A stretch of DNA of 64,000 nucleotides from Candidatus Aenigmatarchaeota archaeon (GCA_046539305.1 JBKHHE010000002.1:35928-99927), one strand, 5' to 3'; positions 10,891 to 20,305 are shown, numbered from the stretch's first letter. Notes: a model not told the origin generated them from the sequence alone. Translations and numbers: made by a program.

Positions 10891-11144
10891 CCAAAGAACG
10901 GTTAACAGGTAAATTTTAAATACCTTTTCTTCCAAACTAAGGTTGTCTCTCAACGTGCCGTTTGGGAAGACCGTCTTCCCACCTGAAAGGTGACTTTCAG
11001 GACCCGTTTGAAAAAAGACCTGATCCACTTCTAGCAGGTGCAGCCTCGAAAGTTATATAAACTTCCGGGCACCTGGAAAGGTGTGGTTTTGGACCCACAC
11101 GTTTTTAAAGGTTTACGTGGAAAAAATAGGAGTTAAGTGATACC

Positions 11145-12104
11145 ATGCCGGAACCCAGCAGACCAAAGAAAGGCTCGACAGGAGTTTGGCCCAGGAAGCG
11201 GGCCAGTCGTATCTATCCCTCGCTCCATTCCTGGATCCAGACGGACGACTGCAAGCCTCTCGCGTTTGCGGGATACAAGGCCGGGATGACGCAGGTCATT
11301 ATGAAGGACCTGAGGAAAACATCCCCCACCAAAAACCAGCTCATTTCTGTTCCTGTGACTGTTTTCGACATACCACCTCTCTTTCTTCTTGGCGCGAGAT
11401 CCTACAAAGAAACGAATGAAGGGCTGGAGGTTCTGGAAGATATAGGAGCGGAGGCAGACGAGATTCCAAAGGACCTGCGGGAGAGGATCCATTTCGCCGA
11501 GAAAAGCAAACTGGAGAAAGAAGGCGATGAAATAAGGCTTATAGTATGCACACAACCGCGGAGAAGCGGTCTGGGCAAGAAGAGACCGGAAGTTTTCGAG
11601 GTCCCCCTTGGTGGAAACTTCAAGGAACAGAAGGAGTTCGTGGAGGAAAATGTGGGTGGGGAAATAGAGGTGGAGGACGTTTTTGAAGAAGGCGAGTTCC
11701 TGGACGCTGTGGCCATCACGAAAGGAAAGGGATACGAGGGACCTGTGAAGAGATACGGTGCGAAGATAGACAGAAGCAAGGACGAGTATCCAAGAAGGAT
11801 AGGGAGCATGGGGGCGAGGGGTCAGGGGAGGGTGCTTCACACAGCCCCACAGCCCGGACAGGACGGCTTTCACCGAAGAACTGATGAATGTAAGCACTTC
11901 CTTGGTACCTTCGACGCGGAGGAGGTGAATCCGGAGGACGGTTTCAAAAACTACGGGATCGTGAGGGAAAACTCTATGCTAGTAAAGGGAAGTACTCCGG
12001 GACCGAAAAAAAGGTTGGTCCTTTTCAGAAAAAGCATAAAGAACAGGAAGAAGCTTCCTGTGGAGATAAAAAACATAAAGAAATCAAGTCAGCAGGGTGC
12101 ATGA
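11145..12104 (+). CDS. rpl3: 50S ribosomal protein uL3
   Basis: GYKAGMT, TKGKG, KGSTPG. Confidence 0.96.
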   Translation: MPEPSRPKKGSTGVWPRKRASRIYPSLHSWIQTDDCKPLAFAGYKAGMTQVIMKDLRKTSPTKNQLISVPVTVFDIPPLFLLGARSYKETNEGLEVLEDIGAEADEIPKDLRERIHFAEKSKLEKEGDEIRLIVCTQPRRSGLGKKRPEVFEVPLGGNFKEQKEFVEENVGGEIEVEDVFEEGEFLDAVAITKGKGYEGPVKRYGAKIDRSKDEYPRRIGSMGARGQGRVLHTAPQPGQDGFHRRTDECKHFLGTFDAEEVNPEDGFKNYGIVRENSMLVKGSTPGPKKRLVLFRKSIKNRKKLPVEIKNIKKSSQQGA

Positions 12105-12105
12105 T

Positions 12106-12903
12106 ATGGTGAAAATACTGTCTTTGGACGGCGAGGAAACGAGGGAGAGAAAGCTTCCTGAAGTTTTTCAGGAGAACTACAGACCGGACCTGATAAAGAA
12201 GGCGGTAGAATACTACCAGTCCAGAAAGAGGCAGAGTTACGGAGCGGACAGAAAAGCAGGCATGAAGACGTCAGCACACTACGAAGGCTCCAGACACGTC
12301 GCCCCGAGCGCACAGATGATGAACCGGGAGATGTCAAGGATGCCGAGAGAGCACGGCGACACGGCACGTCGCTTCCGCGCCCTGCTTGCCCCACACGCTG
12401 TAGGGGGAATGAAGGCGCATCCCCCGAAGGCCGAGAAAAACTGGGAAAAGGATATGAACAACAAGGAGAGGAAGAAGGCCACGAGAAGCGCGATAGCTTC
12501 AACCGCGAAAAGGAAAGCAGTGGAGGAAAGGAACCACAGGTTCGAAGGAGAGCTCCCGATAGTGGTGGAAGACGGGCTCCAGGAGCTAGAAAAGACATCG
12601 GAGGTGGAGGAGTTTTTGAAAAAAATAGGACTTGGGGAGGATCTGCAGAGAGCCAGGGAAAGGAAGGTCAGAGGTGGAAAAGGCAAGAGGAGGGGAAGGA
12701 AATACAAGACGAAAAAATCCGTGCTGATAGTTGTAGCGGAGGACAAAGGTATAAAAAGATCCGCGAGAAATATACCCGGCGTCGAAGTCGTGGAAGTAGA
12801 AAACTTAAACTCCGAGGTGCTTTCTCCGGGGGCACACGGTACCAGACTGACAGTCTACACGGAGTCCGCGTTGAATGAAATCGATGGGAGGTGGAGTGCG
12901 TGA
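12106..12903 (+). CDS. rpl4: 50S ribosomal protein uL4
   Basis: RPDLIKKAV, GGMKAHPPK, PGAHGTRLT. Confidence 0.95.
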   Translation: MVKILSLDGEETRERKLPEVFQENYRPDLIKKAVEYYQSRKRQSYGADRKAGMKTSAHYEGSRHVAPSAQMMNREMSRMPREHGDTARRFRALLAPHAVGGMKAHPPKAEKNWEKDMNNKERKKATRSAIASTAKRKAVEERNHRFEGELPIVVEDGLQELEKTSEVEEFLKKIGLGEDLQRARERKVRGGKGKRRGRKYKTKKSVLIVVAEDKGIKRSARNIPGVEVVEVENLNSEVLSPGAHGTRLTVYTESALNEIDGRWSA

Positions 12904-12911
12904 AAAGGCCC

Positions 12912-13163
12912 ATGGACGTGATAAAGTATCCCCACCTCACCGAGAAGTCCGTGGATATGGTGGAGAAGGAGAACAAGCTCGTATTTATAGTGGAGGACAA
13001 GACGAATAAAAATCAGATAAGATGGGCGGTGGAGGAGGAATTCGACGTAACCGTTGTAAAGGTAAATACCTTAAACACCATGAAAGGAAACAAAAAGGCC
13101 GTGGTAAAACTTTCAGAAGATGACAATGCGATTGATATAGCCACGCGCCTTGGAATGCTGTGA
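12912..13163 (+). CDS. rpl23: 50S ribosomal protein uL23
   Basis: TEKS...NKLVFIV, KKAVVKL. Confidence 0.95.
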   Translation: MDVIKYPHLTEKSVDMVEKENKLVFIVEDKTNKNQIRWAVEEEFDVTVVKVNTLNTMKGNKKAVVKLSEDDNAIDIATRLGML

Positions 13164-13169
13164 TGATAG

Positions 13170-13862
13170 ATGCCTAAAAGGACGAGATCTCAAAGGATGG
13201 GAAGCAGCAGAAACGTGGGGACCCCCAGCCACAGGTATTCCAGGGAAGTGGAATTTAACGACATCGAGGGCGAAGTGGTGGATATTATACACGACCCCGC
13301 CCGATCGGCGCCCCTAGCCAAAGTCAAGCTGGAGGACGGAAAGGAGAGGTATATAATAGCTCCGGAGGGCCTTGAAACCGGGGACGTTATAAAATGTGGA
13401 ATTTCCGCTCCAATAGAGCCGGGAAACAGGCTGAAGCTTGCGGAAATCCCGGAGGGAGTCCCTGTACACTCCATCGAGACAAATCCCGGTGAGGGCGGTA
13501 AACTGGTCAGGGCTTCGGGAACCTATGCAACGGTAAAAATGCATGACCTAGATAAGACCGTAGTAGAACTTCCCTCCGGTGAATCAAAGGAACTCAACCC
13601 GGCGTGCCAGGCGACTGTCGGAGCGGTAGCCGGAGGGGGGAGAAAGGAGAAACCATACGTAAAGGCGGGAAACAAATACAAGGCCAAGAAGGCCCGCGGA
13701 AAGAAGTATCCCAAGACTTCTGCCGTAGCGATGAACGCTGTAGACCATCCGTTTGGAGGGTCTACTAAACCCGGAAAACCGAAAACAACAAAGTCGACTG
13801 CGCCACCCGGCCAGAAGGCGGGGTCCTTTGGCGCGAAATCTTCCGGTAAAAAAGAGGACTGA
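13170..13862 (+). CDS. rpl2: 50S ribosomal protein uL2
   Basis: HDPARSAP, AMNAVDHPFGG. Confidence 0.96.
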   Translation: MPKRTRSQRMGSSRNVGTPSHRYSREVEFNDIEGEVVDIIHDPARSAPLAKVKLEDGKERYIIAPEGLETGDVIKCGISAPIEPGNRLKLAEIPEGVPVHSIETNPGEGGKLVRASGTYATVKMHDLDKTVVELPSGESKELNPACQATVGAVAGGGRKEKPYVKAGNKYKAKKARGKKYPKTSAVAMNAVDHPFGGSTKPGKPKTTKSTAPPGQKAGSFGAKSSGKKED

Positions 13863-13879
13863 AGTAAAAACGTGTTATA

Positions 13880-14260
13880 ATGGCAAAGGACTTTCAGTTC
13901 AGGGGAAAGACAGTTGAAGAGTTGAGAGAGATGGACCTTACCGAGTTCGCGGAGCTGCTAGATGCAAGGAAAAGAAGGAGTCTGGTGAGGGGACTCACGG
14001 ACGCGCAAAAGAAGCTCATGGAGAAAATACGAGAAGGAGAGGACTACGTCAAGACACACGCCAGGGACATGGTAATCCTTCCTGAAATGGTAGGGACAAC
14101 CATAGGCGTACACAACGGCAAGGACTTCGTGGATATTGATATAGAGCCGGATATGATAGGTCACTATCTGGGCGAGTTCGCGGAGACCAGAAAGAAGGTC
14201 GAGCATTCAGCACCTGGACTCGGAGCTACAAGAACGTCCAAACATGTACCCCTGAAGTAA
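13880..14260 (+). CDS. rps19: 30S ribosomal protein uS19
   Basis: [20 protein letters not shown]. Confidence 0.96.
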   Translation: MAKDFQFRGKTVEELREMDLTEFAELLDARKRRSLVRGLTDAQKKLMEKIREGEDYVKTHARDMVILPEMVGTTIGVHNGKDFVDIDIEPDMIGHYLGEFAETRKKVEHSAPGLGATRTSKHVPLK

Positions 14261-14274
14261 AGAGGTAGATTAAT

Positions 14275-14664
14275 ATGGTAGGTTACCCGGTCGAAGTTGA
14301 AGAAAGGGACGTCAAGGCAGCCGGCACAGACCTGAGAATATCCAGGAAGAAGGCGCAGAAAATATGCGAGGTAATAAACAACAAAAAAATGAAGCTGGAA
14401 AGGGCCCAGGAGTTCGTGCAGAACCTAATAGACGGCGAGGAAACTATAGGCAAGAAAACCTATAAAAAAGCAGCTGAGGGCATTCTGGAGGTTCTCAGGA
14501 ATGCGGAGAACAATGCCGAGTTCAAAGGTATCCCGGTAGAAAAACTACGTGTAAAAAGCATAACTACGGAGCCGGGAAGAACGCTGCGTAGGAGGAGGCG
14601 TAGGAGGGACTTTGGAAACAGGCTCAAAAATTCAAACGTAAAGGTCGTGCTGGAGAGAGGATAG
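14275..14664 (+). CDS. rpl22: 50S ribosomal protein uL22 (short form)
   Basis: LRISRKK, NAENNA; operon position. Confidence 0.88.
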   Translation: MVGYPVEVEERDVKAAGTDLRISRKKAQKICEVINNKKMKLERAQEFVQNLIDGEETIGKKTYKKAAEGILEVLRNAENNAEFKGIPVEKLRVKSITTEPGRTLRRRRRRRDFGNRLKNSNVKVVLERG

Positions 14665-14665
14665 G

Positions 14666-15475
14666 ATGACGCTTGAAAAACAGTTCATAGATAAAGGGAT
14701 AAAGAAAGGTCAGCTCGAGGAGTTTTTTGAGGAGGAGTATCCAAGGGCTGGATATACGGGATGTGATATAAGAAGGACTCCCACGGGAGTCAAGATAACG
14801 ATACACGCGGACAAGCCCGGCCTCATAATTGGAAGGGGAGGAGGGAGAATAGACGAAGTTACCCAAAAACTGGGGGAAGAGTTTGGGTTTGAAGACCCGC
14901 AGATAGACGTTCAGGAGATAGAGAAGCCGGAACTCGACGCAAAGATAATGGCAAAGGAAATAAAGAACGCCATAGAGAGTGGCGCGAACTACAAGAGGGT
15001 GGCAGGCGGCGTGCTGAGGAGTATAATGGAGAGGGGCGCCGCGGGAGCGGAGATATCTATATCCGGAAAACTGTCGGGGGCAAGGGGCAGGACGGTCAGG
15101 TTCCAAGACGGGTATATGAAAAGCTGCGGTGAGCCCGCGAAGAAGCTTGTCGACAAGGCGGTAGAACATGCCAAAACAAAGCCAGGGACCATAGGAGTCA
15201 AGATGAAGATAATGGAGAGGAAGCCGGATGAAAAGGAGGAAAGGGAAGAGGAAGAAGAGGTCGAGGAGGAGGAATTCGAGCTCACGGAGGAAAAGGTAAA
15301 CGAGATAGTAGATTCATCCATAAACGATGCAAAGGAAAAAATCGAAGAAATAGACGAACACCTGGACATCGAGGACTACAAAACAATACTGGAATATGAA
15401 ATGGACGACAAGAAGAGGAAGGGTATGACGAAGTTCCTGAAAAGAAAGGTGGAAGAAAAGGAGGAGTCTGATTAA
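14666..15475 (+). CDS. rps3: 30S ribosomal protein uS3 with C-terminal extension
   Basis: KPGLIIGRGG KH motif, ISGKLSGAR. Confidence 0.95.
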   Translation: MTLEKQFIDKGIKKGQLEEFFEEEYPRAGYTGCDIRRTPTGVKITIHADKPGLIIGRGGGRIDEVTQKLGEEFGFEDPQIDVQEIEKPELDAKIMAKEIKNAIESGANYKRVAGGVLRSIMERGAAGAEISISGKLSGARGRTVRFQDGYMKSCGEPAKKLVDKAVEHAKTKPGTIGVKMKIMERKPDEKEEREEEEEVEEEEFELTEEKVNEIVDSSINDAKEKIEEIDEHLDIEDYKTILEYEMDDKKRKGMTKFLKRKVEEKEESD

Positions 15476-15476
15476 A

Positions 15477-15674
15477 ATGGCAATACTGAAGGCGGAAGAA
15501 ATAGAGGAAATGGGAGAGGAGGAGCTGGAGAAGAAACTGGATGAACTGGAGCTGGAGCTGGCAAAGGAGAAGGCGCAAGTAAAGATAGGAGGAGTCCCGG
15601 AAAACGCCGGGAGGATGAACGAAATGAAAAGGACTATAGCAAGGATAAAAACAAAGCTTTCCAAAACGAGGTGA
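15477..15674 (+). CDS. rpl29: 50S ribosomal protein uL29
   Basis: KRTIARIKT; operon position. Confidence 0.93.
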   Translation: MAILKAEEIEEMGEEELEKKLDELELELAKEKAQVKIGGVPENAGRMNEMKRTIARIKTKLSKTR

Positions 15675-15680
15675 AAATAG

Positions 15681-15986
15681 ATCGCTAACTGCCCCGACTG
15701 TGGACTGCCGGAAGAGCTCTGCGTCTGTGATACGATAGCGAAGGAAGAGGAAAAAATAGAGGTCAGGAAAACTAGGAGAAGCTACGGAAAGGAACTCACT
15801 GTATTAGAAAACGTTTCGGAGGACATGAATCCCGAAGAACTAGCAAAGAACCTCAAGAAAAAGCTAGCATGTGGAGGAACCTACAAAGAAGGGAGGATCG
15901 AGCTCCAGGGGGACCACCTGAGGAAAATAAAGGATCTCCTGGTCGCAGAGGGGTTTCCGGAAAACAAGATCGAAATAAAGGATTGA
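15681..15986 (+). CDS. sui1: Translation initiation factor aIF1/SUI1 homolog, apparent ATC start
   Basis: CPDCGLPEELCVC...LACGGT...IELQGDH; missing from ORF track; in-frame TAG directly before ATC. Confidence 0.92.
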   Translation: MANCPDCGLPEELCVCDTIAKEEEKIEVRKTRRSYGKELTVLENVSEDMNPEELAKNLKKKLACGGTYKEGRIELQGDHLRKIKDLLVAEGFPENKIEIKD

Positions 15987-15987
15987 G

Positions 15988-16266
15988 ATGAGAGATGCCA
16001 AGAACCTCCCCCGACACGAGCTTATAGGGCTCGAAGTGAGGGTGATGGAAAGTGAAAACGAAGTGGAGGAAGGTATACAGGGGAAGGTAATAGACGAGGG
16101 AAAAGGTGTTTTAAAAGTTGAGCACGAAGATGATGAGAAAACCCTTGCCAAGAAAGGGCGGGTCTTCAACTTCAAGCTTCCCTCCAACGAGGAAGTGAAG
16201 GTGGAAGGCGACGTCCTGGAAGGGAGACCCGAGGAAAGGATAAAGAAAAAATTGAGGAAATGGTGA
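15988..16266 (+). CDS. rnp1: RNase P protein subunit Rpp29
   Basis: HELIGL, RPEERIKK; operon position. Confidence 0.9.
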   Translation: MRDAKNLPRHELIGLEVRVMESENEVEEGIQGKVIDEGKGVLKVEHEDDEKTLAKKGRVFNFKLPSNEEVKVEGDVLEGRPEERIKKKLRKW

Positions 16267-16270
16267 AAAA

Positions 16271-16588
16271 ATGGCTCTAGGCCTCGACGTAAAAGCTCCA
16301 GAAAAGGAGTGTGAAGACGAAAACTGTCCGTTCCATGGACAGGTATCGGTCAGAGGTAGAACTTTCGAAGGCGTGGTCAAGTCGAAGAGCGAAAAGACCG
16401 TGACGGTGCAGTGGCAGTACTACAAATACGTGCCCAAATATGAAAGGTATATGAGGAAAAACACAAAGATTATGAGCCATCTGCCTCCATGCCTCGAGAT
16501 AGAGGAAGGAGATAAAGTCAAGATAGGTGAAACCAGACCACTTTCAAAGGGTAAAAGCTTCGTAGTGCTCGAAAAGGTGGGTGATTAA
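16271..16588 (+). CDS. rps17: 30S ribosomal protein uS17
   Basis: CPFHG, KYERY, ETRPLSK. Confidence 0.96.
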   Translation: MALGLDVKAPEKECEDENCPFHGQVSVRGRTFEGVVKSKSEKTVTVQWQYYKYVPKYERYMRKNTKIMSHLPPCLEIEEGDKVKIGETRPLSKGKSFVVLEKVGD

Positions 16589-16987
16589 ATGAAGGCTGTA
16601 GGAAGCAATATCACCAGAGGGATTGGACATGGGGCAAAACTGGAATGTGCAGATAACACAGGAGCAAAGATGTTGAAAGTCACTTCCATAATCAACTACA
16701 AGGGAACCAGAGCCAGGCAACCCAGAGCTGGCGTAGGCAACATCGTCAGGTGCTCGGTAATAAAGGGTTCCCCGGAAATGAAGGAGGAGACGCCGCTCGC
16801 GGTAATTATACGACAAAGAAAGGAGTGGAGGAGGCCCGACGGCAGGAGGATAAAGTTCAATGACAACGCGGCGGTTCTAATAAACGAAAGAAACGAGCCC
16901 CGTGGAAACGAGATAAAGGGTGCCGTTGCAAAGGAAGTGGTCGAAAGGTTCCCCGAAATAGGAAAGGTGGCCAGAACCGTGGTATGA
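16589..16987 (+). CDS. rpl14: 50S ribosomal protein uL14
   Basis: ADNTGAK, FNDNAAVL. Confidence 0.96.
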   Translation: MKAVGSNITRGIGHGAKLECADNTGAKMLKVTSIINYKGTRARQPRAGVGNIVRCSVIKGSPEMKEETPLAVIIRQRKEWRRPDGRRIKFNDNAAVLINERNEPRGNEIKGAVAKEVVERFPEIGKVARTVV

Positions 16988-17511
16988 TGGTTAGAAGCAA
17001 AAAACCAAAGAAACAGAGGAAGGAAGTCTCAAGGACTCCCCTGCACAGGAGACAAAGGAAAGTATCCGCTCTCCTGGAAAGGAGTCTACGAGAGGAGTTC
17101 GACAGAAGAAACCTTCCTCTGAGAAGTGGAGACGAAGTGAGGATTATGAAAGGAGATTTCAAAGGGACGGAGGACGAAGTCCATGAGGTAGATTTGAGAA
17201 AGCAAAAAGTTACCCTGGAAGACCTGAATGTGGAAAAGGTTGACGGCACCGAGGTCAGGCCAAAGATAGATCCGTCCAACCTGATGATACTGGATCCGGA
17301 CCTTTCCGATAAAATGAGGAGCAAGATAGTTGAAAGGGCCGGAGGAGAGGTTTCAGAGGAGTTCACAGAGGCAGAAAGCGAAGAGGAAGAAGAGGAGGAA
17401 GAGGGAAAGAAGGAGGAGGGCTTTAGATGTGAGATATGTGGTGACGTCTTCGACTCAAAGAGGGGACTAAATATCCACAAAGGACAAAAACATCCTGAAT
17501 ACATGAAATGA
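16987..17511 (+). CDS. rpl24: 50S ribosomal protein uL24 with C-terminal C2H2 zinc finger
   Basis: KOW motif GDEVRIMKGDFKG, IDPSNLMI; tail CEIC...HKGQKH. Confidence 0.93.
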   Translation: MVRSKKPKKQRKEVSRTPLHRRQRKVSALLERSLREEFDRRNLPLRSGDEVRIMKGDFKGTEDEVHEVDLRKQKVTLEDLNVEKVDGTEVRPKIDPSNLMILDPDLSDKMRSKIVERAGGEVSEEFTEAESEEEEEEEEGKKEEGFRCEICGDVFDSKRGLNIHKGQKHPEYMK

Positions 17512-17519
17512 GTGATAAA

Positions 17520-18233
17520 ATGTCAAAACACCAGAAGGCACTGTCTTCGCCGAAATCGTATCCAATAGGCAGAAAAGAAAGGCCCTGGACCTTGAAACCC
17601 AGAGCCGGTCCACACCCAAAGGATGACTCCATACCTCTGGGGATAGTGGTAAGGGACATGCTGGGGTACGTGGACAATGTAAGCGAGGTCAAGGAGGTAC
17701 TCGAAAAGGGCCTGTGCAAGGTAGACGGGAAGGTTGTCAGGGATCACAGACTCCCCCTCGGAACGTTCGACTCCCTGCAGCTGGGGGATGAGTATTTTAG
17801 ACTGATGCCATCTGAGGAGGGATTTGAACTTGTTGGGGTGGATGAAGCCGACTCCGGCAAAAAAGTATGCAGAGTCGAAGACAAGAAAACGGTCAAAGGT
17901 GGAAAGATCCAGCTCAACCTGAACGACGGTAAGAATATCGTGGTCGACAAGAAAAGGCTTAAGAAACTCCCTACCGGCTCATCGCTCGTCTTAAGCCTAC
18001 CCGAACTCGAGATAGAGGAAGTAATTGAATTTGAAGAAGGACAGGAAGCTATGGTAACAGGAGGAAAGAACAGAGGAAAGGTGGCGGAGCTCCAGGAGAC
18101 AAAAGAGCTCAAAGGAAGCAAGGAAAACAGAGTCGTGGTCTCAAGCAACGGCGACGAACTCGACCTCCCCGAAAAACTTGTCTTCCCCGTAAACGAGGAA
18201 ATGATAAAACTTCGGGATAACCATGACGAATGA
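17520..18233 (+). CDS. rps4e: 30S ribosomal protein eS4
   Basis: PRAGPH, VDGKV, QLNLNDGKNI. Confidence 0.94.
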   Translation: MSKHQKALSSPKSYPIGRKERPWTLKPRAGPHPKDDSIPLGIVVRDMLGYVDNVSEVKEVLEKGLCKVDGKVVRDHRLPLGTFDSLQLGDEYFRLMPSEEGFELVGVDEADSGKKVCRVEDKKTVKGGKIQLNLNDGKNIVVDKKRLKKLPTGSSLVLSLPELEIEEVIEFEEGQEAMVTGGKNRGKVAELQETKELKGSKENRVVVSSNGDELDLPEKLVFPVNEEMIKLRDNHDE

Positions 18234-18738
18234 AAACCCAATGAAGGAAATAAAGTTGGAGAAGGTCGTCCTAAACATAGGGGCAGGAGGTCCCGGTGAG
18301 AAACTTGAGAAGGCGAAAAACCTGCTCGAAAGTCTCACAGGAAGGGGGGCAAAGATCACGAAAGCCAGGGGCAGAAGCGCTTTCGGCGTCTCCAAAGGAA
18401 GGGATATAGGCGCAATGGTCACTCTAAGGGAAAATGAAGCCGAAAGGTTCCTTGAAAGGGTCTTTGAGGCCAAAGAAAATAGGATAAGCAGGGACGTCTT
18501 TGACCAGCAGGGAAACCTTTCCCTGGGCATAAAGGAACATATTGACCTTCCGGGAACCGACTACGACCCCGAGGTTGGTATCTTCGGGATGGACGTGGCC
18601 GTAAAACTTGAAAGGCCTGGCTTCAGAATTAAGAAGAAGAAGGTCTCCAAAGAAATAGGCAAGGACCATAAAATTTCCAAGGACGAGGCGATAAGCTTCA
18701 TCCAAAAAAACTTCGATGTCGAAGTAGTTGGTGATTAA
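18223..18738 (+). CDS. rpl5: 50S ribosomal protein uL5
   Basis: [25 protein letters not shown]. Confidence 0.96.
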   Translation: MTNENPMKEIKLEKVVLNIGAGGPGEKLEKAKNLLESLTGRGAKITKARGRSAFGVSKGRDIGAMVTLRENEAERFLERVFEAKENRISRDVFDQQGNLSLGIKEHIDLPGTDYDPEVGIFGMDVAVKLERPGFRIKKKKVSKEIGKDHKISKDEAISFIQKNFDVEVVGD

Positions 18739-18739
18739 C

Positions 18740-18871
18740 TTGGCTAAAAAGGAAGTTCCAAAATGCAGGCGATGTGGAAACAGGAAGGGAGTGATAAGAA
18801 AATACGGCCTCTACATATGCAGGCAATGTTTTAGAGAGGTCGCCGAGGAGCTGGGTTTCGAAAAATACTAG
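18740..18871 (+). CDS. rps14: 30S ribosomal protein uS14 (43 aa, TTG start)
   Basis: CRRCG...[15 protein letters not shown]; below ORF-track size cutoff. Confidence 0.93.
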   Translation: MAKKEVPKCRRCGNRKGVIRKYGLYICRQCFREVAEELGFEKY

Positions 18872-18880
18872 GTGACTTAA

Positions 18881-19267
18881 ATGAGGCATTCAATACTTGC
18901 GGACTGTATGTCGGCGCTCAAAAACGCAGAAGATGTGGGCAAGGATAGATGTACCGTTCAGGCATCGGGACTTGTCACGGAGATTTTGAAAACCCTCCAG
19001 GACAAGGGCTATATCGGTGAGTTCGAGTTGATAGAGGACAATAGAGGCGGAAAGCTAAGGATAAAAATGATAGGCAAGATAAACGACTGCAATATAATAA
19101 GGCCACATTTTTCCGTGAAGAAAGATAACTTCGAGGAATGGGAAAAGAGGTTCCTCCCGGCAAAGGGAATGGGCTACCTCCTGGTAAGCACTTCCCAAGG
19201 AATTAAAACCCACGAAGAGGCGAAGGAAGAGGAAATGGGCGGAAAGCTCATGGCCTACGTATACTGA
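18881..19267 (+). CDS. rps8: 30S ribosomal protein uS8
   Basis: GYIGEFE, STSQGIKTH, GGKLMAYVY. Confidence 0.96.
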   Translation: MRHSILADCMSALKNAEDVGKDRCTVQASGLVTEILKTLQDKGYIGEFELIEDNRGGKLRIKMIGKINDCNIIRPHFSVKKDNFEEWEKRFLPAKGMGYLLVSTSQGIKTHEEAKEEEMGGKLMAYVY

Positions 19268-19275
19268 GGATAATT

Positions 19276-19809
19276 ATGAAAAGAGAAGTCGAGATCCCCG
19301 AGGATGTTGAAATCAAGTTAGAAGGTAAAAGGGTCAGAATCAAGAGTGGGGATGAAGAGGTAGTAAAGAAGCTTGACCACCCCCTCCTGGATCTGGAGGT
19401 CGAGGACGACAGAATTATTATAAAGTCTTTAAAGGAAAACAAGAAGGTTGACAGCGTGTCCAGAACATTCAAGTCTAAGATAAAGAACGCGATAAAGGGG
19501 GTCCACGAAGGATTCGATTACAGGCTCAAGGTTATATACAGGCATTTCCCGATGGAAGTAAGTGTGAAAGGGGACAGGCTGGTGGTATCCAACTTCCTGG
19601 GTGAGAAGGCGGACAGGGAAGCCGAGATACTAGAGGGTGTGAATGTACAGGTAGAGGACGGAGAAATACTTGTCAGAGGTGCCGACAAGGAAAGGGTGGG
19701 CCAGACTGCCGCCAACATTGAAGGAAGGATGCAGGCACCCTCGGCCAAGGATAGGAGGGTGTTTGAGGACGGTATATATATAGTCGAAAAACCCGAAATG
19801 GAGGGCTAG
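19276..19809 (+). CDS. rpl6: 50S ribosomal protein uL6
   Basis: HFPM, NFLGEK, DRRVFEDGIY. Confidence 0.96.
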   Translation: MKREVEIPEDVEIKLEGKRVRIKSGDEEVVKKLDHPLLDLEVEDDRIIIKSLKENKKVDSVSRTFKSKIKNAIKGVHEGFDYRLKVIYRHFPMEVSVKGDRLVVSNFLGEKADREAEILEGVNVQVEDGEILVRGADKERVGQTAANIEGRMQAPSAKDRRVFEDGIYIVEKPEMEG

Positions 19810-19812
19810 ACC

Positions 19813-20127
19813 ATGTCAAAAGACAAGTTCAAAAGACAGAACTCGACCAGAAAGGTAAAGGACTCCTGGAGAAGACCCAAGGGCCACCATTCGTCCCTTA
19901 GAAAGGGTATAAAGGGGGCCGGAAAGAAACCTTCTCCGGGCTACGGTTCACCTGATAAAGGTATGCACCCTTCGGGATATTACGAGGTGCTCGTGAGGAA
20001 CCCGGATGATCTCGATAAAATAGATCAGGAGAAGGAAGCCGCAAGGATAAGCTCGAGGGTTGGAGAGAAGAAAAAAGAAAAGATAAGAGAAAAAGCAGAG
20101 GAAATGGATATAAAAGTTTTGAACTGA
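19813..20127 (+). CDS. rpl32e: 50S ribosomal protein eL32
   Basis: WRRPKG, GYGSP, HPSGY. Confidence 0.93.
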   Translation: MSKDKFKRQNSTRKVKDSWRRPKGHHSSLRKGIKGAGKKPSPGYGSPDKGMHPSGYYEVLVRNPDDLDKIDQEKEAARISSRVGEKKKEKIREKAEEMDIKVLN

Positions 20128-20136
20128 GGTTTAAAG

Positions 20137-20298
20137 ATGTTCCTGAGATTTGACGAAAAGAAATGCCCGATCTGTGGAACCGTGGGCAAGGACTCCAGTA
20201 TAAAGGAGCTAAACCAGTGCCCAAGATGTGGTACAAGGTTCAATCAGTTCGGAATCATAGCCTCTTACAAAAAGGACAGAAAGCTCCAATGGACTTGA
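20137..20298 (+). CDS. Small Zn-ribbon protein (53 aa)
   Basis: CPICG...CPRCG; GAGGT RBS; fills the rpl32e-rpl19e gap. Confidence 0.75.
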   Translation: MFLRFDEKKCPICGTVGKDSSIKELNQCPRCGTRFNQFGIIASYKKDRKLQWT

Positions 20299-20305
20299 GG
20301 TGGAA

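Noticed and set aside
10891..11028. Longer radical SAM N-terminus
   Set aside because: Crosses a TATA box and a hairpin cluster; ATG 10890 fits a leaderless start.
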